From the NCBI GenBank assembly GCA_030390025.1, contig JASTWF010000121.1, positions 682,001 through 746,000 on the forward strand: a stretch of DNA of 64,000 bases, read 5' to 3'. The stretch comes from Squalus acanthias. Lineage: Eukaryota. Both the position numbers and the translations under genes were made by a program. Every line of letters starts with the position of its first letter. Position 1 is the stretch's first letter. The notes beneath the pieces were generated by a model. That model was not told the origin of the DNA, made no database searches, and saw nothing but the letters and a program-made list of their open reading frames with translations. Below are positions 10,390-22,520 of this stretch, in pieces.

Positions 10390-13345
10390 GAGTCGAATAC
10401 AATTGATAACCAGAGAAAATACGTCAAAGCTAAAGGCACTATATCTGAATGTTCGAAGCATTCGCAACAAAATTAATGGCGCAGATAGAAATGAATAGGT
10501 TTGATGTAATATCCATTATGGAGATGTGGTGGCAAAGTGGCCAAGGTTGGAAACTAAATATTCCAGAATACTTAACTTTTAGAAGAGATAGGCAAAATGG
10601 AAAAGGAGGAGGGGTAGCCCTGATCCTAAAGGATGTGATAAAGACAGTAGAGTGAAAGGATCTTGGCTCGGAAAAAAAAGAAGTTGAATCAGTTTGGTTG
10701 GAGCTAAGAAACAGCAAAAAATATTGGTGGGAATTGTTTATAGGCCCCCAAACAGTAGTTGTAATGCAGAGCAGAGTATAAATCAGGAAATTAGAGGCGT
10801 ATGTAACAAGGGCAATACAGTAATCAAGAGGGACTTTAATCTACATATAGACTGGGCAAACCAAATTTGCAGTAATAATGTGGAGGACGAGTTCATAGAA
10901 TGTATATAAGATAGTTTTCTGGATCAGTATGTTGAGGAACCAACTAGGGAACAGGCTATTTTAGATCTAATGTTGTGCAATGAGAAAGGGTTAATTAATA
11001 ACCTTGTAGTAAAGGGGCCTTTAGGGAAGAGTGACCATAATATGATAGAATTTTATATTGAGTTTGAAAGTCATTTAGTTAAGTCCGAATCTAGGGTCTT
11101 AAATCTAAACAAAGCAAACTATTTATGTATCAGGGGCGAGTTGGCGAAGGTAGATTGAGAAACCTACATTAAAAGGTAAGACAGTCGACAAGCAATGGCT
11201 AGCATTTAAAGAATTAATACAAAAGCCCCACAGGAAAAGTGGTCCAACTGTGGCTAACAAGAGAAGTTAAAGATAGTATTAGATCAAAGGAAAAGGCTTA
11301 TAATGTTGCCAAAAAGAGTAGTTAGCCTGAGGATTGGGAGGATTTTATAATTCAGCAAAGGAGGACCAAGAAATTGATAAGGAAAAGAAAAAAGAACATG
11401 TGAGTAAATTAGCAAGAGACATAAAAACAGATTGTAAATGTTTCTACCGGTATGTAAATAGGACGAGATTAGAGAAAGTAAATGTGGGCCCATTAGAGGC
11501 AGAGACAGGAGAAATTATAATGGGCAATAAGGAAATGGCAGAGACATTAAACAAATACTTTGTATCTGTCTTCACGGTTGAAGACACAAAAAATATTCTG
11601 GAATTCATGGGGAACCATGTGTCTGGAGAGAATGAGGAACTGAAAGAAATCAGTATAAGTAAAGAAATTAATGGGTCTAAGGGGCGACAAATCCCCTGGA
11701 CCTGACGACCTGCATCCTGAGGTTTTAAAAGAGGTAGCTGCAGAGATAGTGGATGCACTGCTATTAATCTTCCAGAATTCCCTAGAGTCTACAACAGCCC
11801 CCAAAGATTGGAAGGTAGCAAACATAACCCTGCTATTTAAGAAAGGAGGAAGAGAAAAAATGGGGAACTATAGGCCAGTTAGCCTGACATCAGTAGTAGG
11901 CAAAATGCTAGAATCTATTATTAGGGGCGTGGTAACAGGGCACTTAGAAAATCGTAATATCATTAGGCAGAGTTAATATGGTTTTATGAAAGGGAAATCG
12001 TGTTTGACAAATCTGTTAGAGTTTTTTGAAGATGTAACTAGTAGGATGGATAAGGGGGAACCAGAGGATGTAGTGTATTTGGATTTTCAAAAAGTATTCA
12101 CTAAGGTGCCACACAAGAAGGTATTACACCAAATTAGGACTCATGGGATTGGGGGTAATATATTAGCATGGATTGAGGATTAGTTAATGGACAGAAAACA
12201 GAGAGTAGAAAAAAACGGGACTTTTTCAGGTTGGCAGGCTGTAATGAGCAAGGATTGATACTCGGGCCTCAGCTATTTACAATCTAGATTAATGACTTAG
12301 ATGAAGGGACTGAGTGTAACGTATCCAAGTTTGCTGATGATACAAAGTTAGGTGGGAAAGTAAGCTGTGAGGAGGACGCAAAGAGACTGCAGAGAGATAT
12401 AGACAGGTTGGCTGAGTGAGCATGAACATGGCAAATGGAACACAATGTGGGGAACTGTGAAGTTATCCACTTTGGTAGGAAAAACAGAAAAACAGAATAT
12501 TTTTTGAATGGTGAGAGATTGGGAAACGTTTGCAGTCAGAGGGACCTGGGTGTCCTTGCACATGAATCACAGAAAATGAACATGCAGGTACAGCAAGCAA
12601 TTAGGAAAGCAAATAGTATGTTAGCTTTTGTTACAAAGGGATTAGATTATAAGAGTAAAGAAGTCTTACTACAATTATACAGGGCATTGGTGAGGCCACA
12701 CCTGGAGTACTGTGTACAGTGCTGATCTCCTTACCTAAGGAAAGACATTAGCAAAATACTGCGGATGCTGGAAATCCGAAATAACAACAGAAAACGCTGG
12801 CCTGCTGAGTTTTTCCAGCGTTTTCTGTTGTTACTAAGGAAAGACATACTTGCCTTAGAGGGACTGCAATGAAGGTTCACTAGATTGGTTCCAATGATGA
12901 GGGGAATGGCCTATGAGGAGAGATTGAGTAGACTAGGCTTATAGTCCCTAGAGATTAGAAGAATAAGAGGTGATCTAATTGAAAAATATAAAATTCTTAA
13001 GGGGCTTGACAGGTTTAATGCTGGGGAAATGTTTCCCCTGGCTGGGGAATCTAGAACACGGGGTCACAGCCTTAGAATAAGGGGTCAGTCATTTAGGACT
13101 GAGATGAGGAGAAGTTTCTTCACTCAAAGGGTTGTGAATCTTTGGAATTCTCTACCCCAGAGAGCTGTCGATGATCAGTCGTTGAGTATATTCAAGACAG
13201 AGGTCGATACATTTTTGGGAACTAAAGGAATTAAGGGATATGGGGATAGTGCGGGAAGGTGGAGTTGAGGTAGAAGATCAGCCATGATCTTGTTGAATGT
13301 CAGAGCAGGCTCAAAGGGCCAAATGGCCGACTCCTGCTCCTATTT
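10390..13345 (+). mobile_element. CR1 LINE, degenerate ORF2 through 3' tail
   Basis: APE and RT fragments across several frames; ends with cctatttcttatgttcttatgttctta. Confidence 0.93.
12749..12833. mobile_element. 85-bp Penelope-derived fold-back insertion with 14-bp TSD
   Basis: TSD ctaaggaaagacat at 12735-12748 and 12834-12847. Perfect 19-bp inverted repeat at 12782-12800 / 12815-12833. Sequence matches the Penelope termini at ~4500 and ~17265. Confidence 0.8.
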
Positions 13346-13409
13346 CTTATGTTCTTATGTTCTTAAATGATAAAGAATTGAACAACTTAAGGACATTCAT
13401 TTCATCAAG

Positions 13410-13987
13410 TCCACTCCTTCTACACCCTATCATGGACCACCCACCAATTTTAACTCCTTGCGAGCCTGTATATAATCTCTCATGGACTCTATCCATTGAC
13501 TTAATCTCCTCCCACTGACCATGTACATTCTTCCCTATCATAGACTTTTTACCCGACCCATTTATTCTCCTTATTCAGTCCATGTACACTCTACTCTATC
13601 ATAGATTTATATAAGAACATAAGAAACAGGAGCAGGAGTCGGCCAATCGGCCCCTCGAGCCTGCTCCTCCATTCAATAAGATCATGGCTGATCCAATCTT
13701 GGCCTCAACACCACTTTCCCGCTCTCTCCCCATACCCCTTGACTCCCTTGTAGTTCAAATGTCTGTCAATCTCCGCCTTGAATATATTCAATGACTCCGC
13801 CTCCACAGCTCTCTGGGGTAGAGAATTCCAAAGATTCACGACCCTTTGAGAGAAGAAATTCCTCCTCATCTTCTCTTAAATGGGTGACCCCTTATTCTGA
13901 AACTATGCGCGATCCGTTTAATGCCCCTCCACGCACCATGTACACTCTACCCGATCACGGACTCGACGCAATCAGTTAATCTCCTGA
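13410..13987. repeat. Degenerate inverted copies of the 58-bp minisatellite, split by a CR1 3' fragment (13611-13906, minus)
   Basis: ttaatctcctccca...ccatgtacactct...ctatca is the reverse complement of the 3741-4410 unit. Confidence 0.7.
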
Positions 13988-14518
13988 GGGGAAGTTCTGT
14001 ATGAACGCTCCCCAATTCTCAAAGGTAATCAAGGAAAAATCCAGAATATTCTCACAAAGCAAAGAATTGCAGATGCTGGAAATCTGAAACAAAACCAGTT
14101 TTTGATAATATCGCTTATGCCATTTAGCGTTCTGTTATTCACTTAAGCAATTTAATCTATTTCTTTTCTTCTGTCTGTTTTTCCCCTTCTCCCTTCCCTT
14201 TGTTCTGTGTGGCCCACACACAAAAACGTCTCCTCTGTTTTCTCCACAGAAATGCTGCACAGACTTGCCGAGACTTTCCAGTATTTTCTGTTTTTGTTCC
14301 ACAGTATTGATCCATTCTCACATCTCCACTATTCAACTCTGGCATTTCGCACTCCACAAACAACATTCCCACTCTCTGTTCCATGAGCACAGCACTACAG
14401 CAACCATTGTGTCTGACTGTATATTTCCACTTGTCCACTCCACTGTGTGAAGATTAAACATGTCCCCAGTAAGGAGCTGTTACTGAGACCCTGCCAGTGT
14501 TAGCTAACATTGACTTAC

Positions 14519-14866
14519 CGGTTACATTGAGCTGGGTCCCTGCTCCATAGATGTAGCTCCACACACTGCAGCTGTAGACAGCAGTATCACTGAGGGACAC
14601 ATTCACGATGGTCAGAATGTAACTGTTACTGGTGACATTCCTGGAAGGCTGAAAACGGTCGGGGAAACCCCGGGACCTGGTAATGGTGCCATTCACAAAC
14701 TGGCTCATCACCCACTCGCTGTTGTTCCCAGGTCGCTGGTAGTGCCAGTGGACATCAGTGTCACTCACACTGGCATTGTACATGGCACATTGTAACTGGA
14801 CGGTTTCACCCTCTGATACCTTGCTGACTGTTGGATACTGAATAAGGACCGGATCAGCCAATGGAC
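14519..14866 (-). CDS. V3 exon: germline-joined VJ-type Ig V domain (348 nt, phase 1-1)
   Basis: Acceptor tttcccacgtacag|GT, donor ACC G|gtaagt. Translation PLADPVLIQYPTVSKVSEGETVQLQCAMYNASVSDTDVHWHYQRPG...GFPDRFQPSRNVTSNSYILTIVNVSLSDTAVYSCSVWSYIYGAGTQLNVT. No stops. Confidence 0.92.
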
Positions 14867-15032
14867 CTGTACGTGGGAAATATATGGAGCTCAACACAAA
14901 GAAATATATTTTTCCAGCATGCTTAAGTTTAACAATTTATAAAATTTGAAATGTTATAAGATCACCTGATGTTTAACAGCCCAGTTTGCAAACTGAGAGC
15001 CCAGAAAAAATGGAACTCATCATCAGCAAGAG

Positions 15033-15445
15033 TGTCAGCCATGGCTCAGTTGGTGGCACGCTTGCCTCTGAGTCAGAAGGTTGTGGGTTCAAGTCCCCAC
15101 ACACTTCAGCACGTATCTCGATACTCCAGTATTGAGGGTGTGCTGCACTGTTGGAGGTGCCATCATTGAAATGAGATGTTAAACTAAGTTTGCCATCTCA
15201 GGTGGATGTAAAAGATCGCACGACATTATATGAAGATTAGCAGGGGAGTTCTCCCAGTGTCCAGGCCAACATGTATCCCTAAAACAGATGATCTGGCCAT
15301 TTATTTAATCGCTGTTTGTGGGACGTTGTGTGATTCCTACATTATAACAGTGACTACACTTCAAATGTACTTCATTGGCTGTAAAGCACTTTGGGACATC
15401 CCAAGGTCATGAGAGGCGCTATATAAATGCAAGTTCTTTCTTTTA
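15033..15445 (+). mobile_element. tRNA-derived Deu-domain SINE (SacSINE1-like)
   Basis: Box A tggctcagttggt, box B ggttcaagtcc, core gtgctgcactgttggaggtgcc...gtggatgtaaaagatc, L2-type tail ggcgctatataaatgcaag. Confidence 0.8.
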
Positions 15446-15749
15446 GTGTCTATCCCTGTTGCCTTCAAAAGGCAATGGAAGGCTGGGACTAGGCACATCC
15501 GGGTCCAAGAATAATTTGCAGCCCTCCCACGCACTCCCACCAGAGTTATGGTGACAGAGTGTCCGAGGGCTGTGAATGTTTGTGGCCCTATCTTCATAGG
15601 GGCAGTGACACATTGGAGAGGGCTCAGAAGAGCAGCACAAAGGATTTCGGGCCGGTTAACAAGTGTGAGGATAGAATGAGCTTAGTTCTCACTGGAGCAA
15701 GGATATTTCATTGAGAGAGGACATGAAGCAGGTTTTTTAAATGCTGAGA

Positions 15750-16545
15750 ATGGACTGGGGCACAGAGGGCATCATTTCAAAGTTTGCAGATGACACAATA
15801 CTGGGAAATGTAGTAAAGATTGAGGAGGATAGTAGCAGACTCCAGGAGGACTGGTGAAATGGGCAGACACATGGCAGATTCAATTTAATGCAGAGAAGTG
15901 TGAAGTGATGCATTTTGGAAGGAAAAATGAGGAGAGGCAATATAAACAAAATGGTTCAATCTTAAAGGGGGTGCAGGAACAGAGAGACCTTGGGGTTCAC
16001 ATACAAAAATCTTCATAGTGGCAGGACAAGTTGTTAAAAAAGCACACGGGATCCTGGGCTTTATAAATAGAGGTCATGATGTGGAGATGCCGGCGTTGGA
16101 CTGGGGTGGACAAAAATGAGAAGTCGCACAACACCAGGTTATAGTCCAACAGATTTATTTAATTTTACAAGCTTCTCTCACAGCTACCCTACCTGACGAA
16201 GGAGCGACAGCTCCGAAAGCTTGTAAAATTAAATAAATCTGTTGGACTATAACCTGGTGTTGTGCGACTTCTCATTTATAAATAGAGGCATAGAGTACAA
16301 AAGCAAGGAATGAGAATTTGTTTTACTAGCGAGTTGTTGTGATCTGGAATGCGCTGCCTGAAAGGGCGGTGGAAGCAGATTCAATAGTAACTTTCAAAAG
16401 GGAATTGAATAAATACTTGAAAAGGAAACAATTACAGGGCTGTGGGGAAAGAGCAGGGGGAGTGGGACTAATTGGAGAGCTCTTTCAAAGAGCCGGCACA
16501 GGCACGATGGGCCGAATGGCCTCCTCCTGTGCTGTAAGATTCTAT
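15750..16545 (+). mobile_element. Degenerate, internally deleted CR1 3' fragment
   Basis: KFADDT-coding sequence, aagtgtgaagtgatgcattttgg and the CR1 3' UTR hairpin. Confidence 0.85.
16074..16274. mobile_element. Penelope-type fold-back mini-insertion carrying a hammerhead core
   Basis: 14-bp TSD tttataaatagagg at 16060-16073 and 16275-16288. ~60-bp perfect inverted arms at 16114-16174 and 16217-16277. CTGACGA-a-ggagc-gaca-gctcc-GAAA-gctt at 16193-16222 on the plus strand. Confidence 0.8.
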
Positions 16546-17264
16546 AAGAGCCTGTATAATACAGGGTAAACTTTATCAAAGTTTGATTCAAACAGAAGGA
16601 AGTAGGAGCATGAAAGAGGCCAATGGGACTGCTGAGTGAGAACAGCATGAATTCTGAGACAATTCTCTCAAAGGACAGCAAGAACCTAAAAAACAGAGTG
16701 CATGGTGTTGGTCTGAATATTATCCTAGTTATGGTCATCCCTGCCCTATTTCAATAACTGCACTTGGTACGAGATTAAACAGCTCCTCTGCCCAGTACAT
16801 CGCAAATCCCATCAACCAATACTCCCAGTCCAAATTTGAAATTATATTTTTATACAACTTAATCAGGAATCATTATTTCAGGCGAATTTGTGGAAAATGA
16901 TTGAATCCTGTATGGAATGGAAAGGAGCAACATAAAAATCAGCTGAGGAATTAGATCGGGGTTGTGGGGCCAGTGGAGGAGATGTGAGGGGCGGTGGGAT
17001 GAAATGTGCCAGGGGTGGAGATATGTGTGGGTGTGTTTGGCAACTTGAGCAAGGAGTCAGTGCCTGTGGACTGGACCATCACAAGGGAGAAAATAGGCAC
17101 AGAAAAAGTTAGAAATTATTGACAAAATCTCTACTGCTGGGTTGCACTGCAACGGATTACGTGTGTTTTAACGTTTAGAAATGTTGAATTTTTAAAAGAA
17201 TTAAATCGCCTTAGAGTTCCTGTCAGTATAACTGAAATCACTTTTTAGGCTAAAAACAGTATTT

Positions 17265-19418
17265 ACAACAACAGAAAACGCTGGAAAAACTCAGCAGGCC
17301 AGGCAACATCCGTGGAGAGAGAAACAGAGTTAACGTTTCAGGTCGAAGACCCTTCGTCAGAACTGAGAAAAAAGCAGGAAATGAAACAGATAAAAAAGCA
17401 AGGGGGAGGCTGGGGGGAGGAATAAAAGAACAAAAGGGGTGGTCTGTGGTAAGTAGAGACATTAAGAGATGCTCAAGGCAAGACGAGATGGTAATAGGAC
17501 AGGTTAAGAAACAAAAGGTGGCTCAGAAGTGTGAAATGTGAAATGTTGGCAGAATGAGAGACAGCTGCTGTGGGGGGAGAGAGAAAAAAAGGGAAAAGGC
17601 ACGAACCAAAAGGGTGGATAAAATGTATAAAATATATATTTTTTATATATGGTAGAGGCCGAGGTTATGATCTGAAATTGTTGAACTCTATGTTGAGTCC
17701 AGAAGGCTGTAAGGTGCCTAATCGAAAGATGAGGTGCTGTTCCTCGAGCTTACGCTGAGCTTCCGTGGAACAATGCAAGAGGCCGAGGACGGTGAGGTCT
17801 GAGTGGGAGTGAAGCGGAGAATTAAAGTGACAGGCGACCGGGAGCTCGGGGTCACCCTTCCGGACTGAACGGAGGTGTTCCGCAAAGTGGTCACCCAATC
17901 TGCTTTTGGTCTCCCCAATGTAGAGGAGACCACATCGTGAGCAGCGAATACAGTATACTAGATTACAAGAAGTACAAGTAAATCACTGTTTCACCTGGAA
18001 GGGGTGTTTGGGGCCCTGGAGAGTGGGAAGGGGGGATGTATAAGGGCAGGTGTTGCATCTCCTGCGCTTGCACGGGAAGGTGCCGGGCGAGGGGGAAGGG
18101 GTGCTGGGGGTGATAGAGGAGTGGACTAGGGTGTCGCGGAGGGAGCGATCCCTACGGAATGCTGAAAGGGGAGGTGAGGGGAAGATGCGTTTGGTGGTGG
18201 GATCACGCTGGAGGTGGCGGAAATGGCGGAGGACGATCCGTTGAATGTGGATGCTGGTGGGGTGAAAGGTGAGGACAAGGGGAACTCTATCGTGGTTCCG
18301 GGAGGGAGGGGCCGGGGTGAGGGCAGAAGTGCGGGAGATAGAACGGACACGGTCGAGGCCCGTGTCGACCATGGTAGAGGGGAATCCTCGGTTGAGGAAA
18401 AAGGAAGACATGTCGGAAGCACTGGTATGGAAGGTGGCATCGTCGGAGCAGATGCGGCGGAGACGGAGAAACTGGGAGAAGAGAATAGAGTCCTTACAGG
18501 AGGCGGGGTGGGAGGAAGTGTAGTCCAGGTAGCTGTGGGAGTCAGTGGGCTTGTAGTGAATGTTGGTCAATAACCTATCCCCAGAGATGGAGATGGAGAA
18601 GTCGAGGAAGGGAAGGGAAGAGTTGGAGATGGACCATGTGAAGGTGAGGGAAGGGTGGAAATCGGAGGCAAAGTGAATGAAATTGTCTAGATCAGGGCGA
18701 AAGCAGGAAATGGCACCGATACAGTCGTCAATGTACTGGAAAAAGAGGTGAGGGAGGGGACCCGAGTAGGACTGGAACAAAGAGTGTTCCACATATCCCA
18801 CGAAAAGGCAGGCATAGCTAGGTCCCATGTGGGTACCCATAGCAACACCTTTGATTTGGAGGAAATGAGTGGAGTCAAAGGAGAAGTTGTTCAATGTGAG
18901 AACAAGTTCAGCCAGGCAGAGGAGGGTGGTGGTGGATGGGGACTGGTTGGGCCTCTGTTCAAGGAAGAAGCGGAGCGCCCTCAGGCCATCCTGGTGGGGG
19001 ATGGAGGTGTAGAGGGATTGTACGTCCATGGTGAAAAGGAGGTGATTGGGGCCGGGAAACTGGAAACTGTTAAAGTGGTGGAGGGCGTCAGAAGAATCGC
19101 GGATGTAGGTGGGAAGAGACTGGACAAGGGGAGAGAAAATAGAGTCGAGATAGGAAGAGATAAGTTCCGTGGGGCAAGAACAGGCTGAAACGATGGGTCT
19201 ACCAGGGCAGTCCTGTTTGTGGATCTTGGGAAGGAGGTAGAAGCGGGCTGTGCGGGGCTGGGGAACTATGAGGTTGGCGGCCGTGGGGAGAAGATCTCCA
19301 GAGGAGATGAGGTCAGTGACAGTCTTGGAAACGGTGGCTTGATGTTCGGTAGTGGGGTCATGGTCCAGGTGAAGGTAGGAGGAGGTGACGGAGAGTTGGC
19401 GTTCAACTTCCGCTAGGT
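17265..19418 (-). mobile_element. Penelope-like element (Neptune-type), 5'-truncated RT + GIY-YIG
   Basis: FYLLPKIHK, GRPIVS, MDVQSLYTSI, GVAMGT, YIDD, linker CKRRRCNTC. One stop at 17983, then LLYIGETK...HLRSV...HFN. Confidence 0.93.
17329..17363 (-). ncRNA. Minimal hammerhead ribozyme motif
   Basis: Minus strand gttCTGACGAagggtcttcgacctGAAAcgttaac, stem II ggtc/gacc. Confidence 0.7.
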
Positions 19419-19677
19419 ACATCAAGTTTGTGAAGCTTATCAGTTCTATCCAGAAGTGAAGTGTGTATATAAGAGGGGTTCCACAATGCCGTGCTCCCAG
19501 TGAGGAGCCACAGTCCCATGGAATGTGGGTCAGAGATCGGGCCACAACATCGCAGCCCCAATTCTCCAGTCCATGTTCCCAGTGTGTGTACCTCTCTACT
19601 GGGAGTGTAAGGTTGCAGAATTACCCCCCTATGTGGTGACGCTATTGTGAATAAAACTAAATGTAACTTATACTTAC

Positions 19678-20025
19678 TGGTTACATTGAGCTGGGTTCCA
19701 TTCCCGCTGATATCTCCCCACACTTTACAGTAATAGATGGCAGTGTCACTGGGCTGCACCTTTGTGATTGTCAGAATGAAGCTGTTATTGGAGGTGTCTC
19801 TGGAAGGCTGGAGACGGTCAGTGGAACCTGGGCTCCCTCGTGTGCTGCCACTTGCCTCATGTGTTAAAACCCGCTCCATATCTTGCCCTGGTTGTTGCCG
19901 GCGGTACCAGTGGACATCGGTGTCTCTCACTCTGGCGTTCCGCATGGTGCACTGTAACCGTGCCGAGTGACCCTCTGTGACACGTTCCAGGCTCGGAGAC
20001 TGGAGAAGGACTGGAGCATTTGCAC
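19678..20025 (-). CDS. V2 exon: germline-joined VJ-type Ig V domain (348 nt, phase 1-1)
   Basis: Acceptor ttttcccttaaag|GT, donor ACC A|gtaagt. Translation ANAPVLLQSPSLERVTEGHSARLQCTMRNARVRDTDVHWYRRQQPGQ...DTAIYYCKVWGDISGNGTQLNVT. No stops. Confidence 0.92.
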
Positions 20026-20171
20026 CTTTAAGGGAAAAATATCAATAACTTAAAAACTGGTCTGAACGTTGATAAATGTCTGAAGTCTTTCAATTAAAAA
20101 TGTAGGCAGCTTACCTTAGCTTCAGTAAATTCTAAACAAATTATCATTATATGGTCTGCTATGAAAAGCTC

Positions 20172-22520
20172 AGTTAACCCTGCAAAGTCCTCCTCACCAA
20201 CATGTGGGAACTTGTGCCAAAATTGGGAGAGCTGTCCCACAGACTAGTCAAGCAACAGCCTGACACAGTCATACCCACAGAATCATACCTTTCAACCAAT
20301 GTCCCATACTCCTTCATCACCATCCCTGGGTATGGCCTGACCCACCGGCAGGACAGACCCACCAAGGGTGGCGGCAAACTGGTATACAATCAGGAAGGAG
20401 TGGCCCTGGGAGTCCTCAACATTGACTCCCGACCCCATGAAGTCTCATGGCTTCAGGTTAAGCATGGACAAGGAATCCTCCTGCTGATTACCACCTACTG
20501 CCCTCCCTCAGCTGATGAATCAGTAGTCCTCCATGTTGAACACCACTTGGAAGAAGCACCGAGAGTAGCAAGGGCACAGACTGTACTCTGGGTGGGGGAC
20601 TTCAATGTCCATCACCAAGAGAGGCTCGGTAGCACCACTTCTGACCGAGCTGGCCGAGTCCTGAAGGACATAGCTGCCAGTCTGGGCCTGCAACACGAGG
20701 GAAAAACCTACTTGACCTCGTCCTCACCAATCGACCTGTCGAGAATGCATCTGTCGTGGACAGCATTGGTAGCAGTGACCACCGCACAGTCATTGTGGAA
20801 ACGAAGTCCCATCTTCACACTGACGACATCCTCCATCGTGTTGTGTGGCACTACCACCGTGCTAAATGGGATAGATTCAGAACAGATCTAGCAGCTCAAA
20901 ACTGGGCATCCATGAGGCGCTGTGGGCCATCAGCAGCAGCAGAATTGTATTCCACCACAATCTGTAACCTCATGACCCGGCATATCCCTCACTCCAACAT
21001 TACCATCAAGCCAGGGGACCAACCCTGGTTCAAAGAGGTGTGTAAAAGACCATGCCAGGAGCAGCACCAGGCGTACCTAAGAATGAGGTGCCAACCTTGG
21101 GAAGCTGCAACACAGGACTACATGCATGCTAAAAAGCGGAAACAACATGCTATAGGCAGGGCTAAGCGAGCCCACAATCAACTGATCAGATCAAATCTCT
21201 GCAGTCCTGTCACATCCAGTCGTGAATGGTGGTGGACCATTAAACAACTAACGGGAGGAGAAGGCTCCATGAATATCCCCATCCTCAAAGATGGTGGAGC
21301 CCAGCATGTGAGTGCAAAAGACAAGGCTGAAGCGTTTGCAACCAACTTCAGCCAGAAGTGCCGAGTGGATGATCCATACTGGCCTAATCCTGAGGTCCCC
21401 ACCATCACAGAAGCCAGTCTTCAGCCAATTCCATTCACTCCACGTGATATCAAGAAACAACTGAGCGCACTGGATACAGCAAAGGCTATGGGCCCCAACA
21501 ACATCCCGGCTATTGTGCTGAAGACTTGTGCTCCAGTACTAGCCGCGCCTCTAGCCAAGCTGTTCCAGTACAGCTACAACACTTGTATCTATCCGATAAT
21601 GTGTAAAACTGCCCAGGTATGTCCTGTCCACAAAAAGCAGGACAAATCCTATCCGGCCAATTACCGCCCCATCAGTCTACTCTCAATCATCAGCAAAATG
21701 TTGGAAGGTGTTGTCGACAGTGCAATCAAGCGGCACTTACTCACCAATAACCTGCTCACTGCTGCCCAGTTTGGGTCCCGCCAAGACCACTCAACTCCTG
21801 ACCTCATTACAGCCTTGGTCCAAACATGGACAAAGGAGCTGAATTCCAGAGGTGAGGTGAGAGTGACTGCCCTTGACATCAAGGCAGCATTTGACCGAAT
21901 GTGGCATCAGTAGCCCTAGTGAAACTGAAGTCAATGGGAATCGGGGGGAAAACTCTCCACTGGCAGGAGTCATATCTAGCACAAAGGAAGGTGGTTGTGA
22001 TGGTTGAAGGTCAATCATCACAGCCCCAGGACATCGCTGCAGGAGCTCCTCAGGGCAGTGTTCTAGGCCCAACCATCTTCAGCTGCTTCATCAATGACCT
22101 TCCATCCAACATAAGGTCAGAAATGGGGATGTTCGCTGATGACTGCACAGTGTTCAGTGCCATTCACAACTCCTCAGATAATGAAGCAGTCCATGTCTGC
22201 ATGCAACAAGACCTGGACGACGTTCAGGCTTCGGCTGATAAGTGGCAGGTAACATTCGCGCCACAGAAGTGCCAGGCAATGACTATCTCCAACAAGCGAG
22301 AGCCTAACCACCGCCCCTTGACATTCAACGGCATTACCATCGCCGAATCTCCCACCATCAACATCCTGGGCGATACCATTGACCAAAAACTTAACTGGAC
22401 CAGCCACATAAATACTGTGGCAACAAGAGCAGGCTGGGCATTCTGCGGCGAGTGTCTCACCTCCTGACTCCCCAAAGCCTTTGCACCATCTACAAGGCAC
22501 AAGTAAGGAGTGTGATGGAC
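20172..22520 (+). mobile_element. Second LINE lineage of the CR1 group (Zenon-like), APE + RT, frameshifted and 3'-truncated
   Basis: TESYL, GDFNVHH, SDH (APE); [30 protein letters not shown] (RT); IYKAQVRSVM. Clearly distinct from the other CR1s. Clade name is tentative. Confidence 0.8.

Noticed and set aside
20110-20150. Possible separate leader for V2 (ATG...AAG|gtaagc)
   Set aside because: It encodes MIICLEFTEAK, which is not hydrophobic, and ends in phase 0 whereas V2 needs phase 1. The donor is absent at the homologous position before V4.
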